Part shown: positions 49,887-58,654 of the stretch, one piece after another
Layout: each line of letters begins with the position of its first letter
How positions within the stretch are numbered: the first letter of the stretch is position 1
DNA from: Planctomycetota bacterium
Lineage (GTDB): Bacteria; Planctomycetota; SZUA-567; H5-PLA8
NCBI GenBank assembly: GCA_038227875.1
Contig: JBBRPR010000013.1
Coordinates: 64,001-128,000 of the forward strand
Direction of reading: 5' to 3'
Length of the DNA stretch: 64,000 nucleotides
Position numbers and translations under genes: made by a program
Notes under the pieces: generated by a model
What the model was told of the DNA's origin: nothing
Databases searched by the model: none
What the model saw: only the letters and a program-made list of their open reading frames with translations

Positions 49887-52004
49887 CTACTTCAATTCCT
49901 TCAGCTCCTTCAATACCTTCGCCGCCATTTTCCGAACCTCCGGATCGCCATCGTTCAGCGCCTTCTCAATCCGCTTCGCGGCATTGGCCTCGCCCACGCT
50001 CCCCAGTGCAGCGATGGCCTGGCCTCTCACCTCGGGGCTCTTATCATCCAGGGCCTGCAGCAGCAACTCCTCGGCTTCTGCGTTGCCGATTTCGCCCAGC
50101 GCGTATATCGCGTCGCCGCGCACGGCCGGGTGTGCGTCGCTGCTCAGCCGCTTGAGCAACGCGAGCGATTTTTCGCCGCCGATGCTGCCCAACCCGTAGG
50201 CCACGCCTTCGCGCAGTCGAAAGTCGGGAGATTCCGCGAGTTTCTCAAGAAATGGCAACGCCGGCCAACCGCCACCATGACCGACCGCAGCCGCCGCCGC
50301 ATAACGCACGTCTGGATTGGCATCCGCGCAAGCTTGCTCGACCAGGCGCAGCGCCTCGGCGTTGTACATGTAGCCCAAGGCACACACCAGACTTTGTCGT
50401 TCTCCCGTGGCATCCGCTTTGAGTTCGGACAATCTATTTTGAAAGAGAATCACGTCGCGCTCATCGTTCAGTGCCGCCAATGCCAGGTACGCCTGATTCC
50501 TGACCGCACGATCGACGTCGGGCAGCGTGTCCTTCACCAGCGCTCTGGCTTTTTCGCCGCCGAATAGACCCAGCGCTTTCACCGCTGTCGTACGGACTTT
50601 TGCGTCCGGCGAATGGAGCGCGCGTTCCAGTAGCGGCAGCGTCTTCTCGTCATGGCAACGTCCAATTTCGGAGGAGAGAAAAGGAAAGCCCAGGTTGGCA
50701 TCCTCTTCCAACGCACCCCACACGCCTCCGTCCAATGCCGCGACCGCATCCCAGACCAACGAACGCAATGACGCCAAGGCTGCGCGCTTTACTTCCACAT
50801 CCTTGTCATGAACCGCCTTCAGGATTAGGGGAACGGTGCGCACATCTTCCAGTGTGGCTGCACGCTTCGCCGCATCGCGGCGCTTTGCGGCGTCGGCAGA
50901 TTCCAGATCCGTGCGAAGTTGCGCGATTTCACCATCACTCGCACCCGGAAAGAGCACCGCGGATTTTCCATCCGCCGACCACTGGACTTTCCAGCCGTAC
51001 TTTTGCGCCACACCCTCCACCAACTGTGCGCCCGACGTCCGCGCAAACCGCATCGCGCCAGGCACCAACGGAAATTTCTGGCTACCCAGAACGGAGATCG
51101 ACAAGCCCTGCGCTTGCAATGCCTGAAACGCGACCGACGCCGGCGAACCTATCGGCGCGACATAGAGCGAGGCCGCGAAGACTGAAGATCCACTCGCAGG
51201 TGCAGGCGTCTGAATTTTCAGCACGCCGAACGCCACGGCGCCGCTGAGCGCGCCAGCCAGCACCACCATGGCGACGGCCGTCTTGACCTTCACCCACCAC
51301 ATCGCCTTGGCGGTAGCGTTGGCCAGCAGCGCCACCTTCGCCGACGCCGATCCGCTCGCCACTGCAGCCGAAAGCGCGGCGGCTCCCGCCGGCACCGTAG
51401 TTGTCGCATGTGAGGTCAGCAGCAGACCGAATGCCGCGACCGTCAGTTGCGTGTCGCGCACGCCCAGCTTGCGGCGAAGCGCTTCCAGCCCACGGCGGCA
51501 ATATCCCGCCAAAACATTTCGCGGCACGCCCATCGCCGTCGAGACTTCCTCCTGCGTGCGCCCTTCCAGGTAACAGGCCGCCAGCGCCAGCCGGTGTTTT
51601 TCAGGCAGGGAACTCAGCGCAGCGTCGAGCTTCGGGCTGATGGCTTCCCAGATCGATTCGCTGGCGACCTGACTTTGTCTGGACGAAACCACGTTGCCTG
51701 CCTCCTTCTCCCGAGCCGCGCGCCGCCGCCGTTCACGCAAAACCACCGTCGCCGCGTACCACGCAGAGCGGTGCATCCAGCCGGCCAGATCGTTTTTCGA
51801 AACAAGTTCCGCGGCTTTGCGGCTGAGCATCAGAAAGACCGACTGCATCACTTCTTCCGCTTCACCCGTCTGGCCCAGCACGCGGCGGCAAACGGCCAGC
51901 ACCAGCGCGCCGTGGCGGCGCACAATCTCTTCGAACGCCTGTGGATCACCGGCGAGGTAGGCGGCCAGCAGCTCGCCGTCCGGCTTCATGGACTCATTGC
52001 TCAT
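49887..52004 (-). CDS. ECF sigma-70 factor with TM segment and C-terminal HEAT repeats
   Basis: DPQAFEEIVRRHG..AEEVMQSVF, LPEKHR..YLEGRTQEE, TM segment, multiple D..VR..A..ALG repeats. Confidence 0.88.
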   Translation of the reverse strand: MSNESMKPDGELLAAYLAGDPQAFEEIVRRHGALVLAVCRRVLGQTGEAEEVMQSVFLMLSRKAAELVSKNDLAGWMHRSAWYAATVVLRERRRRAAREKEAGNVVSSRQSQVASESIWEAISPKLDAALSSLPEKHRLALAACYLEGRTQEEVSTAMGVPRNVLAGYCRRGLEALRRKLGVRDTQLTVAAFGLLLTSHATTTVPAGAAALSAAVASGSASAKVALLANATAKAMWWVKVKTAVAMVVLAGALSGAVAFGVLKIQTPAPASGSSVFAASLYVAPIGSPASVAFQALQAQGLSISVLGSQKFPLVPGAMRFARTSGAQLVEGVAQKYGWKVQWSADGKSAVLFPGASDGEIAQLRTDLESADAAKRRDAAKRAATLEDVRTVPLILKAVHDKDVEVKRAALASLRSLVWDAVAALDGGVWGALEEDANLGFPFLSSEIGRCHDEKTLPLLERALHSPDAKVRTTAVKALGLFGGEKARALVKDTLPDVDRAVRNQAYLALAALNDERDVILFQNRLSELKADATGERQSLVCALGYMYNAEALRLVEQACADANPDVRYAAAAAVGHGGGWPALPFLEKLAESPDFRLREGVAYGLGSIGGEKSLALLKRLSSDAHPAVRGDAIYALGEIGNAEAEELLLQALDDKSPEVRGQAIAALGSVGEANAAKRIEKALNDGDPEVRKMAAKVLKELKELK

Positions 52005-52012
52005 GGCACGTT

Positions 52013-52042
52013 GTTACCGGCACCGAAGGACAGGATGTGCGC
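52013..52042 (-). promoter_or_regulatory. ECF-type promoter GCGCACAT-N15-CGGTAAC facing the HEAT-ECF gene
   Basis: Minus strand GCGCACATcctgtccttcggtgcCGGTAAC, ending 8 nt before the ATG. Confidence 0.7.
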
Positions 52043-52086
52043 TAAATCCGCGCAAAATTTATCTTTACCAAAATTATCGAGATTCC

Positions 52087-52116
52087 GCGCACATGTTTCA
52101 CCCCGGCGGCGGTAAC
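52087..52116 (+). promoter_or_regulatory. ECF-type promoter GCGCACAT-N15-CGGTAAC facing the TPR/peptidase operon
   Basis: GCGCACATgtttcaccccggcggCGGTAAC; same boxes and spacing as the opposite-strand copy. Confidence 0.7.
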
Positions 52117-52154
52117 CCAGCGAAAGCACCGTTCCGCCGTCCGGGAGATCGACC

Positions 52155-53273
52155 ATGCGCACCTGCCTTGGAATCGCCACGCTGACTCTCGCCGCGTATC
52201 TTTTCGTCCAATTCAGTGTCTGCGCCGCCGAGCCCGAAGAGACCACCCTCCCCCCGGCCTACTTCCTCGACATGGCCGAACTAAAAGTCCGCTACAAGCT
52301 CTATCCGGAGGCGCTGGCGCTGTACAAGACGGCGCTGGAAAAGTCGTCCGACAAAATGGAGCGCTCGCGCTGCCAGATGGGAATCGCGTTTCTCCTGGAA
52401 GCCCAGGGCAACGCCTCCGAATCCCTGAACGCCTGGAAACGTCTCGCCGCGTCGACAGACGACCCGGTTGTCGCGAGTCGCGCGCGCCTGGTCCTTGGAC
52501 AGCGCTACGCCGATGCCGGAAAAATCGATGAGGCCATCGCTACTCTAGAAGCCGTCGTGCTTCGCGAGAAGATGGAGATTCTCCGCCAGACCGCCGCGAC
52601 GAAGCTTTCCACGCTGCTGCTCTCAACATCGCGCGCAAAAGAAAAACTCGCCGCCTATCAGCAACTTCTTATCGCAAACCCGAAAGATGCGGTGCTGCTC
52701 CAGTTGGTGATTGGCCTGCAGGAAGACGATCCGGCCGGTCGCGCGGCGACCTTCAGCGCCGTCTCAAAGTCCGCGACGCTCGATGCGTATCAGTTGGATC
52801 AGTGGGGCAGCGCCCTGATCGACGCCGGAAAGACCGACGAAGCCACGCAGCTCTACCAGACGCTGGCGAAGAAGGACGCGGCACAGGCCGGCCTGCTCTA
52901 CGACCGCCTTGCGGCCATCGCCGTCAAGAATGGAAAGCTCGACGACGCCGAAGCACTCGTCGTCAGCGGCAGCAACCTCGAGCCGGGGGACGTGCGCGGC
53001 GAACTGGAGGTCTGCCGCAAACTGCTCGCGTTGAACCTGTACCCCGGCGCGGAAAAACACGGCCGCGCCGCCTACCAGGCGGTCACGGAGCCGGTCATGA
53101 AAGGCGCCGTGGCGATGGAGCTGGGCGAAGCGCTCTTCCGGCAGAACAAGCTCGATGAAGCGCGGGTGTTGCTTGCGCCACTGGCCGATCAGGATGCATG
53201 GCAGGGATTAAAGCAGCGTGCTCGCGCCATACTGGCGGACTTTCCTCCTACAGCCACCGCGGAAAAATTTTGA
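52155..53273 (+). CDS. Exported tetratricopeptide repeat protein
   Basis: Signal peptide, repeated LG..Y...GK.DEA...L/Y helices; GGGAG RBS. Confidence 0.82.
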   Translation: MRTCLGIATLTLAAYLFVQFSVCAAEPEETTLPPAYFLDMAELKVRYKLYPEALALYKTALEKSSDKMERSRCQMGIAFLLEAQGNASESLNAWKRLAASTDDPVVASRARLVLGQRYADAGKIDEAIATLEAVVLREKMEILRQTAATKLSTLLLSTSRAKEKLAAYQQLLIANPKDAVLLQLVIGLQEDDPAGRAATFSAVSKSATLDAYQLDQWGSALIDAGKTDEATQLYQTLAKKDAAQAGLLYDRLAAIAVKNGKLDDAEALVVSGSNLEPGDVRGELEVCRKLLALNLYPGAEKHGRAAYQAVTEPVMKGAVAMELGEALFRQNKLDEARVLLAPLADQDAWQGLKQRARAILADFPPTATAEKF

Positions 53274-53306
53274 ACCGGACTTGGGTCCTCGTGGAGAACT
53301 GAACTC

Positions 53307-56003
53307 ATGCGCAAAATTCTGATCGGCTTGGCAATGCTGGCGTTCGCTACGTCGGCTTTCGGAGCCAGCCAGGACTTAAGCCCGCTCATGCCCCCGCCGA
53401 TGGACCAGAAATGGCCGCTGGTTCCCAGCTGCGGCAGCTGTACGTTCGGCTACGCGCTCAAGACATACTACGAGGGCCTCGACCGGGGCTGGAGCGTGCT
53501 GACGCCCAATCACCAGTTCGCGCCGAACTACCTCCACAATCAGGTGCAGTATCAGGAAGGGCTGGGCATCAACGAAGGTGAACGCAATTGCTGGATCATG
53601 GCCAACCGCGGCATTTGCACGCTGGCCGATGAACCGTACACGACCGATCAGCTCACGTGGCCCACCGCCGCGCAATGCCAGGCCGGTTTGAATTATCAGA
53701 ACGACCTGATCGGCGGGCTGCCCTACGGTTCGATCGTGGGCTACGATTCCGTCACCCGCAAACCCAATCTCACCAACATCCGCGCGGCGTTGGACCAGGG
53801 CAAGGTGCTGGGCATGTACTTTGTCTACTTCAACGGTTTTGAGACGCTGAGCAGCGCGACGAATTATGTTTACTACTCCGTCTACCAGAGCGGCACCCAG
53901 ACTTACCATTGGATCACCATCGTCGGCTACGACGACACGCGGACCGACGGCACCGGCCACGTGGGCGCGCTGAAGGTTCAAAATTCATTCGGAGCGACAT
54001 GGGCCGATCACGGCTATGGCTGGATCGCTTACGACGCGTTGAACTACGCGAGCATGCCGGTCGCCAACACGCAGGGAAAATTTTACTACCTGAAAAATCT
54101 GCCCGCGACGTACGTCTCGACCCTTTCAGCGCGCATTTCGCTCAATCATCCGCTCGTCGCCGGAACGCGCATCAGCGTGGGCGTCGGCGACATCGCAGCT
54201 CCGTCCTGGACGCATACGTTCTACGATTTCACTCCCGATTACTTCACCGACCTCGCCGATCCCGTTCACGCCAATTTCTCGACCGTGGTCGATCTCACCG
54301 GCGCCAGCGCGTTCTGGCCGCCGTCGGCAGCCCGGCCGTGGTGGGTCAAAGTCGAAGACCCGTTGACCGATGGCTTGACCGGTACGATCACTGAATTTTC
54401 CGTGACGCAAGGCGGCACAACGTTCTCCACAAAGACGCCGCTGCCGGTCAGCATTCCCGACACCGGATCGGCCTACGCCTACATCTACGGCAATCGCCCG
54501 CCGGTGATCACGTCCGCGATTTCAGCCACGCCCAACCCGGCCAAGGTCGGCCAGACCGTCACGTTCTCTGCCGCCGCGACCGATCCAGACGGCGATGCGC
54601 TGACCTACAGGTGGACGTTCGGCGACTCCGCGACGCAAACCGGCGCGACGACCTCGCACGCCTACGCCGCGCCGGGCGTCTACCCGGTCACCGTCACCGC
54701 CACCGATGGCGGCGGACTTTTCGCGACAACCTCGGCTTCGGTCACCGTCACGGCGCTCGCGACGCCGGTCGTCATCACCACTGCATCGCCGCTGCCCAGC
54801 GGCACCGTGGGCACCGCATACTCGTTGCAATTCACGGCCTCCGGCGGTACGCCGCCGTATCACTGGTCGTCAATCGATCCGCTCGGACTCGGCGCGCTGC
54901 CGCCCCCCGGATTGGTGTTCTCAAACGGCGGCTTATTGCTGGGTACGCCGAAAACCGCCGGCACCTACAGTTTCATGATTGGCTGCAACGACAGCGCCAG
55001 CGGCAGCGCATCGGCCACCGTTACGATCACCATCAACTCCGCGCCCGTCGCGCCCTCGATTCAGACGCAGCCGTCGAACGCCACCGTGATCGCCGGACAG
55101 ACCGCGACCTTCAGCGTCGCTGCCACGGGAACAGCGCTCACCTATCAATGGTTCCGCAACGGCGTCAACATCGCCGGCGCAACGGGTGCGTCGAATACCA
55201 CGCCGGCGACCACGGTCACGGATAGTGGTTCCACCTATTACGTCGTCGTGAAAAATACCTTGGGCAACGTCACGAGCGCCACGGCCACGTTGACGGTCAA
55301 TCCGGCGGTACAACCCGTCACGATCACCACCGTCTCTCCGCTGCTCAGCGGCACCGTGGGCTCGGCCTACCGCTTGCAATTTACGGCGACGGGAGGTACG
55401 GCGCCGTATCAATGGTCGTCGATCGATCCACTGGGGCTTGGCGCGTTGCCTCCGCCCGGCATGCTCTTCTCCACCGGTGGTCTGCTTTTGGGAACTCCGA
55501 AGACCGCGGGCACATACTCGTTTATGGTCGGTTGCCGCGCTTCGTCCGGTGGTTCGGCCACGGCCACGGTTACGATCACCATTAACGCCGCCAAGCCGCT
55601 CACTGTTACTGCTCTTCAGGGCAGCGTGAGCTTCGTGGCGAGCGGACGCGACACCGCTTCCGTTTCCGGCACGATTCCCGGATCGTCACTGCTTGCCACG
55701 AACGGCCAGTCGATCAGTTTGAATCTCGGTGGCGTCACGCAGTCCTTTGTGCTGGACGCGAAGGGGCATGGCAAGTCGGCCAACGGCATCGCCACAGTTT
55801 CGACCAAAGGCGGCCGCACGACGTTTACCGCGAAGCTCCACTCGGGCTCGTTTAAAGAAGCGTTTGGTCTCAGCGCATCGCACACGTCGACCAAGTCCCG
55901 GACGACGCTGACCGTCTATCTCGAAGTGGGCGGAGAAACCTATGCGTCAGACGTAAACGTGTCGTGTCTGACCAAGACGAGCGGCGGAAGTTTTAAAAAG
56001 TAG
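53307..56003 (+). CDS. Secreted papain-like (C1) peptidase with PKD, Ig-like and duplicated putative-Ig domains
   Basis: Signal peptide; DQ..PSCGSC (Cys), HWITIVGYDD (His), KVQNSFG..W..GYGWI (Asn); PKD (DPDGDALTYRWTFGD..HAYAAPGVY); I-set-like PSIQTQP..YQWFRNG. Confidence 0.85.
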   Translation: MRKILIGLAMLAFATSAFGASQDLSPLMPPPMDQKWPLVPSCGSCTFGYALKTYYEGLDRGWSVLTPNHQFAPNYLHNQVQYQEGLGINEGERNCWIMANRGICTLADEPYTTDQLTWPTAAQCQAGLNYQNDLIGGLPYGSIVGYDSVTRKPNLTNIRAALDQGKVLGMYFVYFNGFETLSSATNYVYYSVYQSGTQTYHWITIVGYDDTRTDGTGHVGALKVQNSFGATWADHGYGWIAYDALNYASMPVANTQGKFYYLKNLPATYVSTLSARISLNHPLVAGTRISVGVGDIAAPSWTHTFYDFTPDYFTDLADPVHANFSTVVDLTGASAFWPPSAARPWWVKVEDPLTDGLTGTITEFSVTQGGTTFSTKTPLPVSIPDTGSAYAYIYGNRPPVITSAISATPNPAKVGQTVTFSAAATDPDGDALTYRWTFGDSATQTGATTSHAYAAPGVYPVTVTATDGGGLFATTSASVTVTALATPVVITTASPLPSGTVGTAYSLQFTASGGTPPYHWSSIDPLGLGALPPPGLVFSNGGLLLGTPKTAGTYSFMIGCNDSASGSASATVTITINSAPVAPSIQTQPSNATVIAGQTATFSVAATGTALTYQWFRNGVNIAGATGASNTTPATTVTDSGSTYYVVVKNTLGNVTSATATLTVNPAVQPVTITTVSPLLSGTVGSAYRLQFTATGGTAPYQWSSIDPLGLGALPPPGMLFSTGGLLLGTPKTAGTYSFMVGCRASSGGSATATVTITINAAKPLTVTALQGSVSFVASGRDTASVSGTIPGSSLLATNGQSISLNLGGVTQSFVLDAKGHGKSANGIATVSTKGGRTTFTAKLHSGSFKEAFGLSASHTSTKSRTTLTVYLEVGGETYASDVNVSCLTKTSGGSFKK
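54771..55586 (+). repeat. Intragenic duplication of an ~89-aa Ig-like domain (approx. 54771-55037 and 55320-55586)
   Basis: Both copies contain WSSIDPLGLGALPPPG..GGLLLGTPKTAGTYSFM.GC...ATVTITIN. Confidence 0.9.
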
Positions 56004-56067
56004 CACACCAGAACTTCCGTTTAATACGGAGAGGGCACAATTTACAAAGCATTATCAGCAATGATAT

Positions 56068-56092
56068 TGCGCGCCAAAAGGCGCGCATTTTT
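56068..56092 (+). terminator. Probable intrinsic terminator after the peptidase gene
   Basis: TGCGCGCC-aaaa-GGCGCGCA followed by TTTTT. Confidence 0.65.
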
Positions 56093-56151
56093 GTTTCCCA
56101 AGACTCCCTATTTGCACATGTTCCTTCCGCTCTGATAAAAGTCCGTCGTAC

Positions 56152-56185
56152 ATTTTTCAAGAATCTTCCGCCCAACTTTCAATCG
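56152..56185 (+). promoter_or_regulatory. Conserved upstream motif shared with 48686-48719
   Basis: ATTTTTCAAgaaTCTTCCGcCCAACTttCaATCG, upstream of ECF paralog 2. Confidence 0.6.
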
Positions 56186-56247
56186 TCTCGGAATAACCTT
56201 TCAGAGCAGCAAAGAATGTTGGCTGCCTGGCGTCCGGTGAGACTACA

Positions 56248-57717
56248 ATGGCCGTCCGAGTTTCAAACCTGGCTGGTGCGACCGCGATGGAAACGATGGA
56301 CGACATTTCGTTGCTGAAAGCCATCGCCGAACGGCGGGATCACGCGGCCTTCGCGGAACTCTGCGAGCGCTGCCACAAACGCGCCTTCAATCTCGCCTTT
56401 CGAATTCTGCGCAATCCGGCGGCAGCCGAAGATGCGGTTCAAGAAGCCATGCTCGCGGTCTGGCTCTCGGCAGGTTCGTTTCAGCCGGACCGGGGAAACC
56501 CACAATCGTGGATACTGAGTATCGTGATGAATAAATGCGTCAACTTAGGGGCCGCTCAGCGACAACGCGCCAAGCGCGAGGAGCGTCTGGCCATGGAACG
56601 AAGCAGTCTGGAGTCCGAATCCACATCCCGGATTGAAGACCGGGAGTTGATCGTCACGCTGCGCAGTCACCTCGACCGGTTGCCGGATCTGGACGGCCGG
56701 ATCCTGGCGTGCTGCTACGGCGCCAACATGTCGCATCAGAAGGCCGCGGAATTTCTGGGCATCCCCCGGCGCACGGTCTCCGAGAAGATCCAGCGCGCGC
56801 TCGATTCCCTCCGCGGCAGCCTGTTGAAGGCCGGTGTCGCCGCGGTGGTGCCGCTGCTCAGCGCCGAGAATCTCTTTGAAGCCATGACCACCGGCCACGA
56901 ATGCCCGCCCGGCATGGGTGAACGGATTGTCCGCCACGTCACGTCGGCGGGACGCTCCGCGCGCGCCTTGCCGCGCCGTCCGGTCCCCGCGAAGGGCGGC
57001 ATCGGCATGTTCCTGGCTGTCGGCGCGGTGGCCGCCGTCGCCGTAGGCGTCGTTGCCAGCCGCGGCTATTTCACGCCAACCCCGAATTCCGCCGCGCCGA
57101 CTCTCGCTCCCGCCCCGGACGCGCTGCATCTCCATTGGTCGTTCGAGAAGGAAGCACCTGCCGATCTGCGCGTGTTGCAGCAAAGTTGGACGTGGAAGTA
57201 CTCCGAGGAAAAGAAGACTGGCTACCTCGCCACGCCGTCCGGCGAATCGAACGCCGTCTTCGTGACTCTGCCCTTCACGCTTCCGGCGCAGCCGGTTCTG
57301 ATCCACTCGGAAGCTTTTCTGCCGCTGGAAGGCGTGTTTGCGCTGAGCGCCATGCCGATGCGAGGCAACCAGGTTCTGCCCACGGTACGCTGGCGCACGT
57401 TCTATAATTTGCGCGGAACCACCGTGTCCAGTCTGCAAGTCACGCATCACAGCGACATCTACATTGTCGATCACCACATCGTCCAGTTGCTGGACGGTCA
57501 TGTGATGGAAATCCGGATTGTCCCAGAAGCCGCAACCTCGATCGCACTGGGCATCCGCAATTGGGGCCTGCTGAGCATGGATGTCAAAACCATCAGCCCG
57601 GCGGACCTGCCCGCTCCGCTCAAGGATGTTCCGGCGTTGATTCTAACGATGAAGGAAGGGCCCGAAAAAGAAAACGTGCCCGGCGATCCGCCGCCCAGGG
57701 AGCCCGTCCGTAACTGA
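56248..57717 (+). CDS. ECF sigma-70 factor with TM helix and C-terminal extracytoplasmic domain, paralog 2
   Basis: RDHAAFAELCERC..AEDAVQEAMLAVW; shares AKREER, CCYGANM.HQ, EKIQ.AL..LR.SL..AG and GH.CPP with 47189-48655. Start may be 56287. Confidence 0.85.
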   Translation: MAVRVSNLAGATAMETMDDISLLKAIAERRDHAAFAELCERCHKRAFNLAFRILRNPAAAEDAVQEAMLAVWLSAGSFQPDRGNPQSWILSIVMNKCVNLGAAQRQRAKREERLAMERSSLESESTSRIEDRELIVTLRSHLDRLPDLDGRILACCYGANMSHQKAAEFLGIPRRTVSEKIQRALDSLRGSLLKAGVAAVVPLLSAENLFEAMTTGHECPPGMGERIVRHVTSAGRSARALPRRPVPAKGGIGMFLAVGAVAAVAVGVVASRGYFTPTPNSAAPTLAPAPDALHLHWSFEKEAPADLRVLQQSWTWKYSEEKKTGYLATPSGESNAVFVTLPFTLPAQPVLIHSEAFLPLEGVFALSAMPMRGNQVLPTVRWRTFYNLRGTTVSSLQVTHHSDIYIVDHHIVQLLDGHVMEIRIVPEAATSIALGIRNWGLLSMDVKTISPADLPAPLKDVPALILTMKEGPEKENVPGDPPPREPVRN

Positions 57718-57830
57718 TTAACCGCCCGCCGCCGCGGGAAACAAAACAACAGGGAATAGAACAGGAAAGACACCGTGCGTGTGCTTGATGGAGCCTCATT
57801 GTCCCGCGTTTTCCAAACTAAGGAGCCGCC

Positions 57831-58523
57831 ATGTTCCAGTCGCAGAGTGAAGACGTGCGTACGTTACCGAAGTCCTCGAAGATTTCGCAGGCCTTGCGCG
57901 CCATTCAGCCCAGCGCGATCGGAACCGCCGAAACCGAAAACGTGGCCGAGCCCGAGGTCATCATCCGTCCGATTCTCGGCGAGCACGAACTCGATCGCGT
58001 CTATCAACTGACCTACGACGCCTACGTCGAACGCGGGTACTGCGAAGAACACCCGTCGCGCCGGCTGATTCATTATCCGCATCTCGACCGTATCCCCGAG
58101 ACCACGGTCCTGGTCGCGGTCGTGGACGGCAAGATCGTCGGCACCAATTCCTGGACCTTGGACGGGCCCAATGGTCTCCATGTGGACAAGGATTTCCATG
58201 CGGAGACCCGCGTCGTGCGCAGCGAAGGCCGCCGCCTGGCCGCGTCCTGGCGTATCGCCACTTCAAGTTGCTTCCGGGCCGAACGCAAAGTGGTCATGGC
58301 GCTGATTCAGCAGACCTGCCAGGGAATCGTCGCCGCCAACGTGGACACCTCGATCTTCACCTTCAACCCACGGCACGAACGCATTTATCAGCGCCTGCTG
58401 AACATGAAGACCATCGCGACCAGCGCGGGCACCAACGGTCTGCGCAATGCGCCCGCCGTGTTGATGCGCCTGGACCTGAAGGACTTGCCGGAACGCTGGC
58501 TGCAGCCCATGTCCGTCGGTTGA
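57831..58523 (+). CDS. FeeM-like N-acyl amino acid synthase (N-acyltransferase), copy 2
   Basis: VYQLTYDAYVERGY, TTVLVA..IVGTNSWTLDGPNGLHVDKDF, FTFNPRHERIYQRLL, APAVLMRLD; AAGGAG RBS. Confidence 0.78.
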   Translation: MFQSQSEDVRTLPKSSKISQALRAIQPSAIGTAETENVAEPEVIIRPILGEHELDRVYQLTYDAYVERGYCEEHPSRRLIHYPHLDRIPETTVLVAVVDGKIVGTNSWTLDGPNGLHVDKDFHAETRVVRSEGRRLAASWRIATSSCFRAERKVVMALIQQTCQGIVAANVDTSIFTFNPRHERIYQRLLNMKTIATSAGTNGLRNAPAVLMRLDLKDLPERWLQPMSVG

Positions 58524-58654
58524 TGAGAATTTAAAACATTTCTTTGGTCAAACCGGGCGCAGCTGGTTTTGCATAGTGGAAGACAGTCGTAACTCACGTT
58601 TTAGATCGGGAGTCGCCAGGAAACGCACAATGTAGTTCAACGGAGCCGTTCATC

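Noticed and set aside
56114..56140. GCACAT...TGATAAA as a third copy of the HEAT-ECF promoter
   Set aside because: The spacer is 2 nt shorter and the -10 box matches only 4/7.
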